The translations under genes and the position numbers were made by a program. Source: Thalassobaculaceae bacterium (GTDB lineage Bacteria; Pseudomonadota; Alphaproteobacteria; Thalassobaculales; Thalassobaculaceae). Taken from it: a DNA stretch of 64,000 bases. Position 1 is the first letter of the stretch. Each line of letters begins with the position of its first letter. Shown here in pieces: positions 20,879 through 30,284 of this stretch. The stretch covers positions 3,987,607 to 4,051,606 of the forward strand of contig CBDEUR010000003.1 in NCBI GenBank assembly GCA_965243345.1, given 5' to 3'. The notes under the pieces were generated by a model. It was given only the letters and a program-made list of their open reading frames with translations, made no database searches and was not told where the DNA came from.

Positions 20879-20913
20879 AACGCCCCCCGGATACCCGTCC
20901 GGGGGGCGTTTTC
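20879..20913 (+). terminator. rho-independent terminator between convergent groEL and the TerB-like gene
   Basis: Perfect 10-bp stem cgccccccgg / ccggggggcg (20881-20890 and 20899-20908), an 8-nt loop, then TTTT. Confidence 0.8.
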
Positions 20914-21330
20914 CTATTCGGGTGCCTGGTACCGGGCGTAGCGCGCCGCCGAGCCGCGCTCGATGGCCGCCGCGGTCAACCGGTCGACGTCGAGTGCGTG
21001 GCGCAGCATTTCGAGGAACCGCAGTTCCTCCTGGGTCGCCACCCCGTCCACCGCGATCACGTCGCAGGCGAGCGCGTAGGCGGTGGCGCGGAGTTCCGGA
21101 GGCAGCGACCCGCTGATCAGGTCGATCGCCACGTCGAGTCCGTCCGGTTCCGAGAGCAGTTCCATGCAGGCGGCGGCTGACCCGGCGAAGTTCTCCCGCG
21201 GATAGTCGGAGAACACAGGCAACCCAAGCATCATGTCGCCGATGGTGTCGAGTTCGCTGCCGGCAAGCTCGCTGTCCGCCGCGGCGGCGAGAATGACGGT
21301 GTGCACGAGGGCTCCGTGGTGACTCATCAT
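20914..21330 (-). CDS. TerB-family (tellurite-resistance-like) protein
   Basis: 138 aa from MMSHHGALVH. ...ELRATAYALACDVIAVDGVATQEELRFLEMLRHAL resembles the TerB fold. The rest of the 388-aa ORF is rejected as an upstream extension. Confidence 0.65.
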   Translation of the reverse strand: MMSHHGALVHTVILAAAADSELAGSELDTIGDMMLGLPVFSDYPRENFAGSAAACMELLSEPDGLDVAIDLISGSLPPELRATAYALACDVIAVDGVATQEELRFLEMLRHALDVDRLTAAAIERGSAARYARYQAPE

Positions 21331-21483
21331 GGTTCGGGGCGCTTCCTGTCGGTTCTGGGCGAGTCCGGTCGTCAACCGGAACGGACGAAGTGACGCAATG
21401 ACGGGGAACCTGTGAACGGAACTTGCAGGGAAGGCGGGATTGTAGGAGTTTCGACAACTTCGTTCAAACCATGGAGAGCGCCG

Positions 21484-22866
21484 ATGGCCTCCGTTGCACC
21501 CGATCCCCTGCAGGACTGCCAGATCACCGGTTTCGCCCGCGATCTGCGGGCCGGGAAAACCACCGCCACCGCGGTCACCCGCGCCTTCCTCGACCGTATC
21601 GAGGCACTTGACGACCGTCTTGGCTCCTACCAGCACGTCGCCCCCGAACAGGCGCTTGCCGCCGCGCAGGCGATCGACGGACTGGTTGCGGCGGGCACCG
21701 ATCTCGGCCCCCTCATGGGGGTTCCGGTCGCCGTCAAGGACATCTATGCCGTCGAGGGCATGCCGCTCACCAACGGGTCGCTGTACGACGCGTCGCACAT
21801 CACCGGGCCCGAGGGGCCCTATGTCCGGCGGTTGCGCAGCGCCGGTTGCGTGATCCTGGGCAAGACCCGGACGGTGGAGTTTGCGCTCGGTGCGAACGGT
21901 GTCAACGAGGCGCGGGGAACCCCGTGGAATCCGTGGGACATGCAGGTCCACCGCGCGCCTGGCGGATCCTCCAGCGGGTCGGGCGTGGCGACGGCTGCCG
22001 GTCTGTGCGCCTTTGCGATCGGATCCGATACCGGAGGATCGGTGCGGATCCCGGCCTGCTTCAACGGGATTTTCGGCCACAAGACGACGATCGGTCTGTA
22101 TCCGACCGACGGGGTGTTCCCGCTCTCACCGACGCTGGACACCATCGGCCCGCTGACCCGCAACGCACGCGACGCAGCCCTGGTTCACACCGCCATGACC
22201 GGCGAGCCGGTGCCAGACCCCCGGCCGCTGGCCGGGATCCGCCTCGGGCTGCCCACCGGCTACTTCTCCGAGGACTGCGAGCCGGAGGTGGCGGGCTGCA
22301 TGGAGGCGGCGGTCTCCTCGCTCCGGGCCGCCGGGGTGGAGATCGTCGATGTCGACATCCCGGATCCGAGCGAGCGTGAATGGATGTTCCCGGCAATCTG
22401 CCCGCCGGAGCTCCTGGCCGCACTTGGCGAGAACGGGTTCCGCCAGGCGCGTCCCAACATGGATCCGGTGACCGGTGCGCGGGCGGAGAAGGGCTTCGAG
22501 ATCACCGGTGTCCAGCATGCCGCGGCAATCCGGCGGCACCATGAACTCTCGGCCGACGCCGACCGGGCGATGGAGGGACTCGACGCCTGGATCGGCCCCA
22601 CCTGTCAGCTCCTGCCGATGGCGATCGCGGACCTTGCCGATCCGGCCGCGCTCACGCGCTCGTTCCTGGCCTCGCGCAACACCCAGCCGTCGAACCTGTT
22701 CAGGCAGTGTGCGGTGACGACGCCGATCCAGCAGTTCGGGTCCCACCTGCCGGTCGGGTTCCAGATCATGTGCCGCAACGGTGCGGATGCCCACGCGCTG
22801 TCGCTGGCCATGGCGATCGAGGCACATTTCGGACCATCGGGAAGCCCGGACCTGTCGATGCTGTAA
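21484..22866 (+). CDS. amidase (amidase-signature family)
   Basis: GGSSSGSGVATAAG signature and a conserved K...S-cis-S context. I chose the start at MASVAPDP; the ORF stays open from 21412. Confidence 0.85.
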   Translation: MASVAPDPLQDCQITGFARDLRAGKTTATAVTRAFLDRIEALDDRLGSYQHVAPEQALAAAQAIDGLVAAGTDLGPLMGVPVAVKDIYAVEGMPLTNGSLYDASHITGPEGPYVRRLRSAGCVILGKTRTVEFALGANGVNEARGTPWNPWDMQVHRAPGGSSSGSGVATAAGLCAFAIGSDTGGSVRIPACFNGIFGHKTTIGLYPTDGVFPLSPTLDTIGPLTRNARDAALVHTAMTGEPVPDPRPLAGIRLGLPTGYFSEDCEPEVAGCMEAAVSSLRAAGVEIVDVDIPDPSEREWMFPAICPPELLAALGENGFRQARPNMDPVTGARAEKGFEITGVQHAAAIRRHHELSADADRAMEGLDAWIGPTCQLLPMAIADLADPAALTRSFLASRNTQPSNLFRQCAVTTPIQQFGSHLPVGFQIMCRNGADAHALSLAMAIEAHFGPSGSPDLSML

Positions 22867-23457
22867 ACCGGCGCGAACGCGCCGGCGAGCACGACACCCG
22901 GGACGACGACGCGAAACCCGGTCTCTTCCCCCGTGCCGGAACGGGCGGGCACCGCGCGTTCCTCGCGCGCGGCAGGCTGCCTGTCCCGTTCAGGCAAGGA
23001 AGGCGCGGACGGCCCCATCACGACGCCGGTTCTTTTCGCCCGGCGTTTCTTCGGGTCGGGAAGAGCGGGGAAGAGCACAGCGGGGTGGAGCCCGGCGCTA
23101 CCGGCTGCTCTCCAGCCAATGGTCAGTGGCAGGGGAGACGCGAAGGACGGTCCGACCGGAACGTCCGCCACAGACTGGTCCCGCGGACTACGGTGACATC
23201 CTGTCATCGTAGTCCACCGCCCGGAATCCTGGCGCTGACCGTCGAGCAGCCGCAGCGCCTCACATTCTGAACGCCCTGTCTGCGAACAGGATCCAGCCGC
23301 ATCCCGAGGGAGCAGGGGTCATGCTGGTTTGGGTTCTGTCGAACCGGATCGCATGAGCCCGATCAGGACCTCCATTCATGGATCGGAATGCAGAATCGGT
23401 TCCGATTCCCCTCATCAGGATTGGTCAGTGTCTCTCCACCGATCCCGGTCAGCAGCC

Positions 23458-23491
23458 TTGAAAGTGGCTCGAATGTCCTATAATTGGGACA
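23458..23491 (+). promoter_or_regulatory. candidate hipBA promoter (TTGAAA-N15-TATAAT) overlapped by the palindrome TGTCC-N8-GGACA
   Basis: -35 box at 23458-23463 and -10 TATAAT at 23479-23484. The inverted repeat spans 23474-23491, about 40 nt upstream of the hipB ATG. Confidence 0.5.
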
Positions 23492-23531
23492 CGGTTCATC
23501 CTTGTGATCTATTTATGGAGCCAACAGAGCA

Positions 23532-23870
23532 ATGGCAAAGCCCGCACACAGGAGCTATTCCCGCTATTCCCGTGAAGCCGTGGCGCTGCTTGGGCTGATG
23601 ATCCATAACGCGCGCATCAAGCGCGACATGACAGCCGCCGATGTCGCCGAACGCGCCGGGACGTCGCGCGGCCTCGTGCACCGCATCGAAAAGGGCGAAA
23701 TGGGTTCCTCCATCGGTGCGGCCTTCGAGGTGGCCGCTATTGTCGGGTTGCGTCTGTTCGAAGCCGAACCGGCAACCCTGACACGCCATCTGTCGATGGA
23801 ACGCGACAAGCTCGCCCTGCTGCCGCAATCCGTGCGCACGGGAACGACCAGGGTGAAGGATGACTTCTGA
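23532..23870 (+). CDS. hipB: XRE-family HTH antitoxin HipB
   Basis: 112 aa. HTH MTAADVAERAGTSRGLVHRIEKGE. It overlaps the downstream HipA-family gene by 11 nt. Confidence 0.8.
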   Translation: MAKPAHRSYSRYSREAVALLGLMIHNARIKRDMTAADVAERAGTSRGLVHRIEKGEMGSSIGAAFEVAAIVGLRLFEAEPATLTRHLSMERDKLALLPQSVRTGTTRVKDDF

Positions 23871-25140
23871 TCGACCCGACTCGAATGCGCCGCAGGAAGC
23901 CTATGTCTGGATATGGCTGCCCGGCGCGACAGTGCCGGTCATCGCCGGTCGCATCACGCGTGACGGCGAGCGGCTGATCTTCAACTACGGTCAAAGCTAT
24001 CTGGGCCGGAATGACCGCATCCCGATCTACGAGCCGGAACTGCCGCTGCGCAGCGGAGCGATCGCACCGGAAGCCGGACTGGGCATGGCCGGATGCCTGC
24101 GCGACGCCTCGCCGGATGCGTGGGGCCGTCGCGTCATCCTGAACCGGGCTTTCGGACGCAAGGGCAAGGATGTCGACACCGCTGTGCTCGACGAGCTGAC
24201 CTGCCTGCTGCAATCCGGCTCCGACCGTGTCGGCGCTCTGGATTTCCAGCACTCCTCTTCGGAGTACGTATCGCGCGACGCGCAAGCCGCGACGCTGGAA
24301 GAGCTTCAGAGCGCTGCCGGGAAAGTCGAGAAAGGAGAACCGCTGACGCCCGATCTCGATCAGGCGCTGTTCCACGGCACGTCGCTCGGCGGCGCGCGCC
24401 CGAAGGCGATTGTCCAGGACGGCAACACAAGGATGATCGCCAAGTTCTCGTCTTCGACCGACACCTACAATGTGGTGAAGGCGGAATTTGTCGCCATGCG
24501 CCTTGCTGCCCGGGCGGGGCTTGACGTTGCCCCCGTACGTCTTGAGCACGTCGCTGGCAAGGACGTGCTGCTGGTCGAGCGTTTCGACCGTTCGAGGACG
24601 AAAGACGACTGGACACGGAAGGCGATTGTCTCGGCGCTGACGCTGTTCGGCCTCGATGAAATGATGGCGCGCTACGCCAGCTACGAGGACCTCGCGGAGA
24701 TCATCCGGCACCGCTTCACCTCGCCGAAGGCGACACTGCACGAGCTGTACGGACGCCTCGTGTTCAACGTCCTGTGCGGCAACACCGACGACCACGCCCG
24801 CAACCATGCGGCTTTCTGGGACGGCAAACACCTGACCCTGACCCCTGCCTACGACATCTGTCCACAAAGCCGTGCCGGCAATGTGGCCAGTCAGGCAATG
24901 CTGATCGTCGGAGACAATCGGACGAGCACACTTGCGGCCTGCCTCGAAGCCGCGCCCAATTTCCAGCTTAGCGAAAATGCATCGAAGGAAGTCATCGCCC
25001 GCCAGATCAGCACCATCCGGGACGGTTGGGACGATATCTGCGAGGAAGCGGCATTGACCGAAGTCGAACGCAACCTGTTCGATCAGCGCATGTTTCTGAA
25101 TGACTATATCTTCGAAGGCACGGCGGAGGGCCCGTGGTGA
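23860..25140 (+). CDS. hipA: type II toxin HipA-family serine/threonine kinase
   Basis: 426 aa. HipA N-terminal coupling domain, SLGGARPKA, and the catalytic GNTDDHARNHA motif. Confidence 0.9.
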   Translation: MTSDRPDSNAPQEAYVWIWLPGATVPVIAGRITRDGERLIFNYGQSYLGRNDRIPIYEPELPLRSGAIAPEAGLGMAGCLRDASPDAWGRRVILNRAFGRKGKDVDTAVLDELTCLLQSGSDRVGALDFQHSSSEYVSRDAQAATLEELQSAAGKVEKGEPLTPDLDQALFHGTSLGGARPKAIVQDGNTRMIAKFSSSTDTYNVVKAEFVAMRLAARAGLDVAPVRLEHVAGKDVLLVERFDRSRTKDDWTRKAIVSALTLFGLDEMMARYASYEDLAEIIRHRFTSPKATLHELYGRLVFNVLCGNTDDHARNHAAFWDGKHLTLTPAYDICPQSRAGNVASQAMLIVGDNRTSTLAACLEAAPNFQLSENASKEVIARQISTIRDGWDDICEEAALTEVERNLFDQRMFLNDYIFEGTAEGPW

Positions 25141-25542
25141 TGGAGACCCCATCGTGGCGGGAGTGGGAGCCGAAATGACAGGGACCAATAGTCCAAAATG
25201 GGCCGAGTACCGAAAGAAGAATGGTCCTGACTCACCATACCGCTTGTCGCGGACAGGAGAACCTCTCCACCTGTTCCAATACCCGCATGCTCTTGCGCCG
25301 TCAGTGCCGTCCCGCAGACAGGATCAGTGCACTGTTCGAATCCCTGTCAGCAAAGTCCCGGCAAACCATCTCTCCAGAGGGGGCGGCAGCCAAATTCGTC
25401 CCGCATTTCAACCGGGTGACCAGGACAGGCCACGTCTACGCCCTGGCAGAATCACTATTGTCACCGGTACGTGGCGTGTTGTTTGACAGGATGTGGGTAT
25501 ATGCACTCTCCACGAGAGACCATATATGCCTGCGTGCTTTTG

Positions 25543-25725
25543 TCAGTCACGCATCAGACTGATTTCGTACCATGGCACAGCCATGAGAACGACCGATATC
25601 ACGGCAAACACACCAGCAGCCAACACCTCGCCGTTGTTGAAATGCTCCACAGCGAACACTGCGTTAGTGATCGCGCCACAGGCGAACAGGGCGAGCATGA
25701 AGAAGTGAAAGAGTATGGGGAACAT
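25543..25725 (-). CDS. small two-TM membrane protein (60 aa), speculative
   Basis: MFPILFHFFMLALFACGAITNAVFAV...LAAGVFAVISVVLMAVPW gives two clear hydrophobic helices. Internal ATG of the 102-aa ORF, with GGAAGA upstream. Confidence 0.3.
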   Translation of the reverse strand: MFPILFHFFMLALFACGAITNAVFAVEHFNNGEVLAAGVFAVISVVLMAVPWYEISLMRD

Positions 25726-25753
25726 TGTTCTTCCACTCTTGCAAGAGTTTTCA

Positions 25754-25915
25754 TCAAATGGAATTGAGCAGATGGGTGGCGAGCCAGCGTGTGGATCGCA
25801 TGCCCAAATGGATATCGTGCTCGTCGGCAGCTGCCTGCATGACACCTGCAACCACCTGCTGTGGCGTTGCGAACCGAGGTTGCCGTGCGCCCGGATGCAC
25901 GTATCTGTTGCTCAT
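25754..25915 (-). CDS. small hypothetical protein (53 aa), speculative
   Basis: MSNRYVHPGARQPRF...; GAGGA lies upstream. It is in tandem with the next small ORF inside the reduced-GC tract. No homology recognised. Confidence 0.2.
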   Translation of the reverse strand: MSNRYVHPGARQPRFATPQQVVAGVMQAAADEHDIHLGMRSTRWLATHLLNSI

Positions 25916-26431
25916 CACGATTTTTTGTCCTCGACCTCTGCCATTCGCACAGACAGCGCGACGGAGTTCCGGCAGACATGTGGACCGCACCGTACACCGC
26001 CAGTCCTGCTGTCCCTCGACCGATACCCTCAGAATGCACACCGCATAGGGCCTGTCTGGGCATGATCCGTAATCGCCAATCCGCATGGCAGTCTCTGGAC
26101 CCTGCCCCGGAGATGGCCGCAGTGCTCGCGGATCAGCTGGAAGATACCTGTTGGACAATCACTTCCCACCTTGCCGCGATCGCGGCCATATGCCCCCTGC
26201 AACCTGGTTCTGCCGGGGGAACGGGCGTCGGTTCGGGTGCTGTCTCCGGGCGGTCGGGTCCTGTTTCGCGCGTGACGCTCGGGTTCCGCGTTCCCGGCCC
26301 GTGCGAGCTCGCGTTGCAGGGACCATCCGCATCCGGTCCCGGCTCGACTGCACGGGGTGGAGCGTGGTAGCGGACGGGCGACGGCGGGCCGGCGTGATCC
26401 GGCCGGCGCCCAGGTGAAGTCGGAGCGGAAC

Positions 26432-28066
26432 ATGGCAATGCAGGATCCTGTCTGGGACTACGTCATCGTCGGGGCCGGATCGGCCGGGTGCGCACTCGCA
26501 TACCGGCTGACGGAGGACCCGCAGGTCAGGGTGCTGCTGCTGGAGGCCGGGGGCCGGGACCGCAACATGTGGATCCACATCCCGGCGGGCTACATCAAGA
26601 CCCTGGACATGCCGGGGCTGAACTGGCGGTTCGAGACCGAACCGGAGGAGGGAACCGGCAACCGCAGGATCCCGATCCCCCGCGGCAGGGTGCTCGGCGG
26701 GTCGAGCTCGATCAACGGCATGGTCTACGTCCGTGGCCAGCCGCTCGACTACGACACCTGGGCGCAACGCGGCAACCGCGGGTGGTCGTACGAGGCGGTC
26801 CTGCCGTACTTTCGCAAGTCGGAACACTACGAGAGTTCCGACGATCCCTGGCGCGGCAAGGGCGGGCCGCTTCATACCGCCGATGGCCCGGAACGGGCCG
26901 AGGTGCTCGACGCGATCATGGATGCCGCCGAACAGTGCGGCTATCCGAAGAACCCGGACTACAACAGCGGCAACCAGGAAGGGTTCGGCTACTTCCAGGT
27001 GACCCAGAAGGACGGACGGCGCTGGTCGACGGCGAAGGCGTTCCTGGAACCGGCGCTGCACCGCCCGAACCTCGACCTCGAGATCAACGCCCACACCACG
27101 GCGGTGGTCCTGGAAGGGACCCGCGCGGTCGGCATCAGGTGGCGTCGCGACGGCACGGAGCACGAGGCACGGGCCGGGCGCGAGGTGATCCTGTGTGCGG
27201 GCGCGGTGCAGTCGCCGCAGCTGCTCGAGCTCTCGGGCATCGGGAACGCGTCCCGGATCAAGGATCTCGGGATCGGGGTCGCCCACCACCTGCCGGGTGT
27301 CGGCGAGAACTACCAGGACCACTACATCGTGCGGCAGACCTGGAAGGTGACACGTCCGGTCACGCTCAACGAGCAGACCCGGGGCCTGCACATGGCGGGG
27401 GAACTGCTGCGCTACGCGTTCCGCAGGCGCGGGATCCTGCGGTTTCCGGGCGGGATCCTCTCCGGCTACGTGCGAACCCGGCCGGAGCTCGCCGGACCCG
27501 ATGTCCAGTACACCATCGTGCATGCGAGTTTCAGGGACGTGAAGAAACGGATCTTCGACCGCCACCCGGGGCTCACCATCGCGCCGTGCCAGCTGCGCCC
27601 GGACTCGCGCGGATCGATCCATGCACACACCGCCGATCCCATGGCGGCGCCGACGATCCTCGGGAATTTCCTTGCCGACGAGAACGACTGCCGGACCATC
27701 GTTGACGGGATGAAGATCGCGCGCCGGATTTCCGAGGCACCGGCACTGGCGCCGTGGATTGCCAGCGAGACCTTCCCCGGGGACGGGGTGCAGTCGGACG
27801 ACGAGTGGCTCGACTTCGCACGCCGGAACGGCAACACGGTCTATCACCCGGTCGGAACCTGCAGGATGGGGTCCGATCCGCTGGCGGTGGTCGATGACCG
27901 GCTGCGGGTACACGGGATTGGCGGCCTGCGGGTGGTCGACGCGTCGATCATGCCAACCCTGGTTTCCGGCAACACCAATGCGCCGACGATCATGATCGCC
28001 GAGAAGGCCGCGGACATGATCGCGGAAGACGCCCGGTCTTGCCCGCCGGCTCCCGCCGCGCCATAA
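26432..28066 (+). CDS. GMC-family FAD oxidoreductase (choline dehydrogenase-like)
   Basis: [30 protein letters not shown], and C-terminal HPVGTCRMG...[10 protein letters not shown]. Confidence 0.9.
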   Translation: MAMQDPVWDYVIVGAGSAGCALAYRLTEDPQVRVLLLEAGGRDRNMWIHIPAGYIKTLDMPGLNWRFETEPEEGTGNRRIPIPRGRVLGGSSSINGMVYVRGQPLDYDTWAQRGNRGWSYEAVLPYFRKSEHYESSDDPWRGKGGPLHTADGPERAEVLDAIMDAAEQCGYPKNPDYNSGNQEGFGYFQVTQKDGRRWSTAKAFLEPALHRPNLDLEINAHTTAVVLEGTRAVGIRWRRDGTEHEARAGREVILCAGAVQSPQLLELSGIGNASRIKDLGIGVAHHLPGVGENYQDHYIVRQTWKVTRPVTLNEQTRGLHMAGELLRYAFRRRGILRFPGGILSGYVRTRPELAGPDVQYTIVHASFRDVKKRIFDRHPGLTIAPCQLRPDSRGSIHAHTADPMAAPTILGNFLADENDCRTIVDGMKIARRISEAPALAPWIASETFPGDGVQSDDEWLDFARRNGNTVYHPVGTCRMGSDPLAVVDDRLRVHGIGGLRVVDASIMPTLVSGNTNAPTIMIAEKAADMIAEDARSCPPAPAAP

Positions 28067-28106
28067 GGTGGCGGACCCGACGGGCGAGAACTTCAGGAGG
28101 CTTCAG

Positions 28107-29000
28107 ATGCGGATCGGATTTATCGGGCTGGGGATCATGGGCGCGCCGATGGCGGGGCACCTGATTGCCGGCGGACATACGCTGGCAACCTCGCTCAATC
28201 GTTCACCCGCCGCTCCGGAGCTCCTGGACGCCGGTCTCGAGGTGCTGGAGAGCCCGCGCAAGGTGGCGGAAAGCGCCGAGGTCATCATCCTGATGGTCCC
28301 CGACACGCCGGACGTCGAGACCGTGCTGTTCGGCGCCGACGGCGTGGCGGACGGGCTTGCACCGGGCAAGCTGGTCATCGACATGAGCTCGATCTCGCCG
28401 ATTGCCACCCGGGAGTTTGCGGAGCGGATCCGCGCTGCCGGCTGCGGCTACCTGGACGCCCCGGTCTCCGGCGGCGAGGTGGGCGCCAAGGCGGCATCGC
28501 TCACCATCATGGTGGGTGGTTCGGAACAGGACTTCGAGCGGGCGCGTCCGCTGTTCGAGCTGATGGGCGGCAACATCACGCTTGTGGGCGAGAACGGTGT
28601 CGGCCAGACCACCAAGGTGGCCAACCAGATCGTGGTGGCGCTCACGATCGAGGCGGTGGGCGAGGCGCTGCTGTTCGCCTCGCGTGCCGGTGCCGACCCG
28701 GCGCGGGTCCGCCAGGCCCTGATGGGCGGGCTGGCGCAGTCGCGGATCCTCGAGGTCCACGGCGAGCGGATGATCACGCGCAGCTTCGCGCCGGGGTTCA
28801 GGATCGAACTGCACCAGAAGGACCTCAACCTGGCGCTGCAAGGCGCGCGTTCGCTCGGGATCAGCCTGCCGAACACCGCGACCGCGCAGGAACTGTTCAA
28901 TTCCTGCGCCGCCCACGGTGACCAGGTCCTCGACCACTCGGGCATGGTGACCGCGCTCGAGCGCATGGCCGGGCACGCGGTGGCCGGGGACGGGGATTAA
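28107..29000 (+). CDS. NAD(P)-dependent 3-hydroxyacid dehydrogenase (2-hydroxy-3-oxopropionate/3-hydroxyisobutyrate reductase family)
   Basis: MRIGFIGLGIMGAPMA Rossmann start, DAPVSGG, and the K..NQ catalytic block. Confidence 0.85.
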   Translation: MRIGFIGLGIMGAPMAGHLIAGGHTLATSLNRSPAAPELLDAGLEVLESPRKVAESAEVIILMVPDTPDVETVLFGADGVADGLAPGKLVIDMSSISPIATREFAERIRAAGCGYLDAPVSGGEVGAKAASLTIMVGGSEQDFERARPLFELMGGNITLVGENGVGQTTKVANQIVVALTIEAVGEALLFASRAGADPARVRQALMGGLAQSRILEVHGERMITRSFAPGFRIELHQKDLNLALQGARSLGISLPNTATAQELFNSCAAHGDQVLDHSGMVTALERMAGHAVAGDGD

Positions 29001-29224
29001 TCCGGCGGCAGTCCGCCGGCGCGCCAGACCACGAGGGTGGCAAACCCGTAGACGGCGAGAAACACCCCGCCAATGGCGCCGAACAGGGCGGCCGCGTTTG
29101 CATGTCCCTGGCTCAGGGCGACCAGGCTCGCCCCGAAACAGAGCACCATTCCCAGGACCGTGCGGAATGGCTGGCGGATGAACTTGCGCCGGACAAGCCG
29201 CCGGCAGGTCTCGCGCGAGAGCAT
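28997..29224 (-). CDS. small membrane protein (75 aa), hypothetical
   Basis: Two predicted TM helices (VLGMVLCFGASLVAL and ALFGAIGGVFLAVYGFATLVVW). No homology recognised. Confidence 0.3.
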   Translation of the reverse strand: MLSRETCRRLVRRKFIRQPFRTVLGMVLCFGASLVALSQGHANAAALFGAIGGVFLAVYGFATLVVWRAGGLPPD

Positions 29225-29401
29225 CAGTACGGATCCGGGTGTCGCGCCGCAGGCGGGCGGTACGCTGTGCGCATGACGGGTCCTGCCGAAGGCCGGGTCC
29301 GCACCCCGTTCGGGGTTGGCCGGACCACGGGGGCCGGCGGGAGCAGGTGTTCGGCCTGATGTCGGGGAGAAGGTCTCACCGGCGGGCGCGCCGACGGCGC
29401 C

Positions 29402-30223
29402 TCAGCCGAGCCAGCGCTTTCGGCGACGGTAGTGCTTCACGTCCTTGAAGCTCTTCTTGTCGCCCTGGGAAATACCCAGGTAGAATTCCTTGACGTCCTC
29501 GTTTTCCGACAGCGTCGCCGCGTCACCCTCCATGACCACGCGCCCGTTTTCGAGAATGTAGCCGCTGTCGGCGTAGCGCAACGCCATGGCCGCGTTCTGC
29601 TCGGCCAGCAGGATCGAGACCCCCTGCTCCTTGTTGAGCAGGGAAACGATCCCGAAGATCTCCTCGACCAGCTGCGGCGCCAGCCCCATCGAGGGTTCGT
29701 CGAGCAGCATCAGCCGCGGACGGGCCATCAGGGCGCGCCCGATGGCGGTCATCTGCTGTTCGCCGCCGGAGATGTACCCTGCGAGCGCCCGCGAGCGCTC
29801 CCTCAGACGCGGGAAATAGCCGTACACCATCTCCAGGTCCGAGGCGATGCCGCTCCGGTCGCCTCCGCGGGTGTAGGCCCCGGTCAGCAGGTTCTCCTCG
29901 ACCGTCAGATGTTCGAAGCAGTGGCGGCCCTCCATGACCTGGATGACACCGCGCTTGACCAGGTCGCTCGGCGTCAGGGCCTGGACCTGCTGGTCGCGAT
30001 AGATGATCGACCCCTTGGTGACCTCGCCCCGCTCGGTTCCGAGCAGGTTCGAGACCGCCTTCAGCGTCGTGGTCTTCCCGGCGCCGTTGGCGCCGAGGAG
30101 GGCGACGACGCCCCCCTCGGGCACCTCGAGCGAGACGCCTTTCAACACCAGGATCACGTGGTCGTAGATGACCTCGATGTTGTTGACCGTCAGCAGGCCC
30201 GCACTGTCGTTCACGTCTCGCAT
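29402..30223 (-). CDS. branched-chain-amino-acid-type ABC transporter ATP-binding protein (LivF-like)
   Basis: Walker A GANGAGKTT, signature ISGGEQQM, Walker B LMLLDEPS. Confidence 0.9.
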   Translation of the reverse strand: MRDVNDSAGLLTVNNIEVIYDHVILVLKGVSLEVPEGGVVALLGANGAGKTTTLKAVSNLLGTERGEVTKGSIIYRDQQVQALTPSDLVKRGVIQVMEGRHCFEHLTVEENLLTGAYTRGGDRSGIASDLEMVYGYFPRLRERSRALAGYISGGEQQMTAIGRALMARPRLMLLDEPSMGLAPQLVEEIFGIVSLLNKEQGVSILLAEQNAAMALRYADSGYILENGRVVMEGDAATLSENEDVKEFYLGISQGDKKSFKDVKHYRRRKRWLG

Positions 30224-30284
30224 CCCTGTGTTTCAATGCCGGGCGCGCTCGGCGCCCGGCATCATGAGCCTGCGTAACCCCCGG

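Noticed and set aside
25754-26158. The peptide start 'SNRY' occurs twice in the 134-aa minus-strand ORF, which hints at an internal repeat.
   Set aside because: Only about 12 nt are similar (tccaacaggtat versus agcaacagatac), and the first copy uses a TTG start. There is no extended repeat, so this is probably coincidence.
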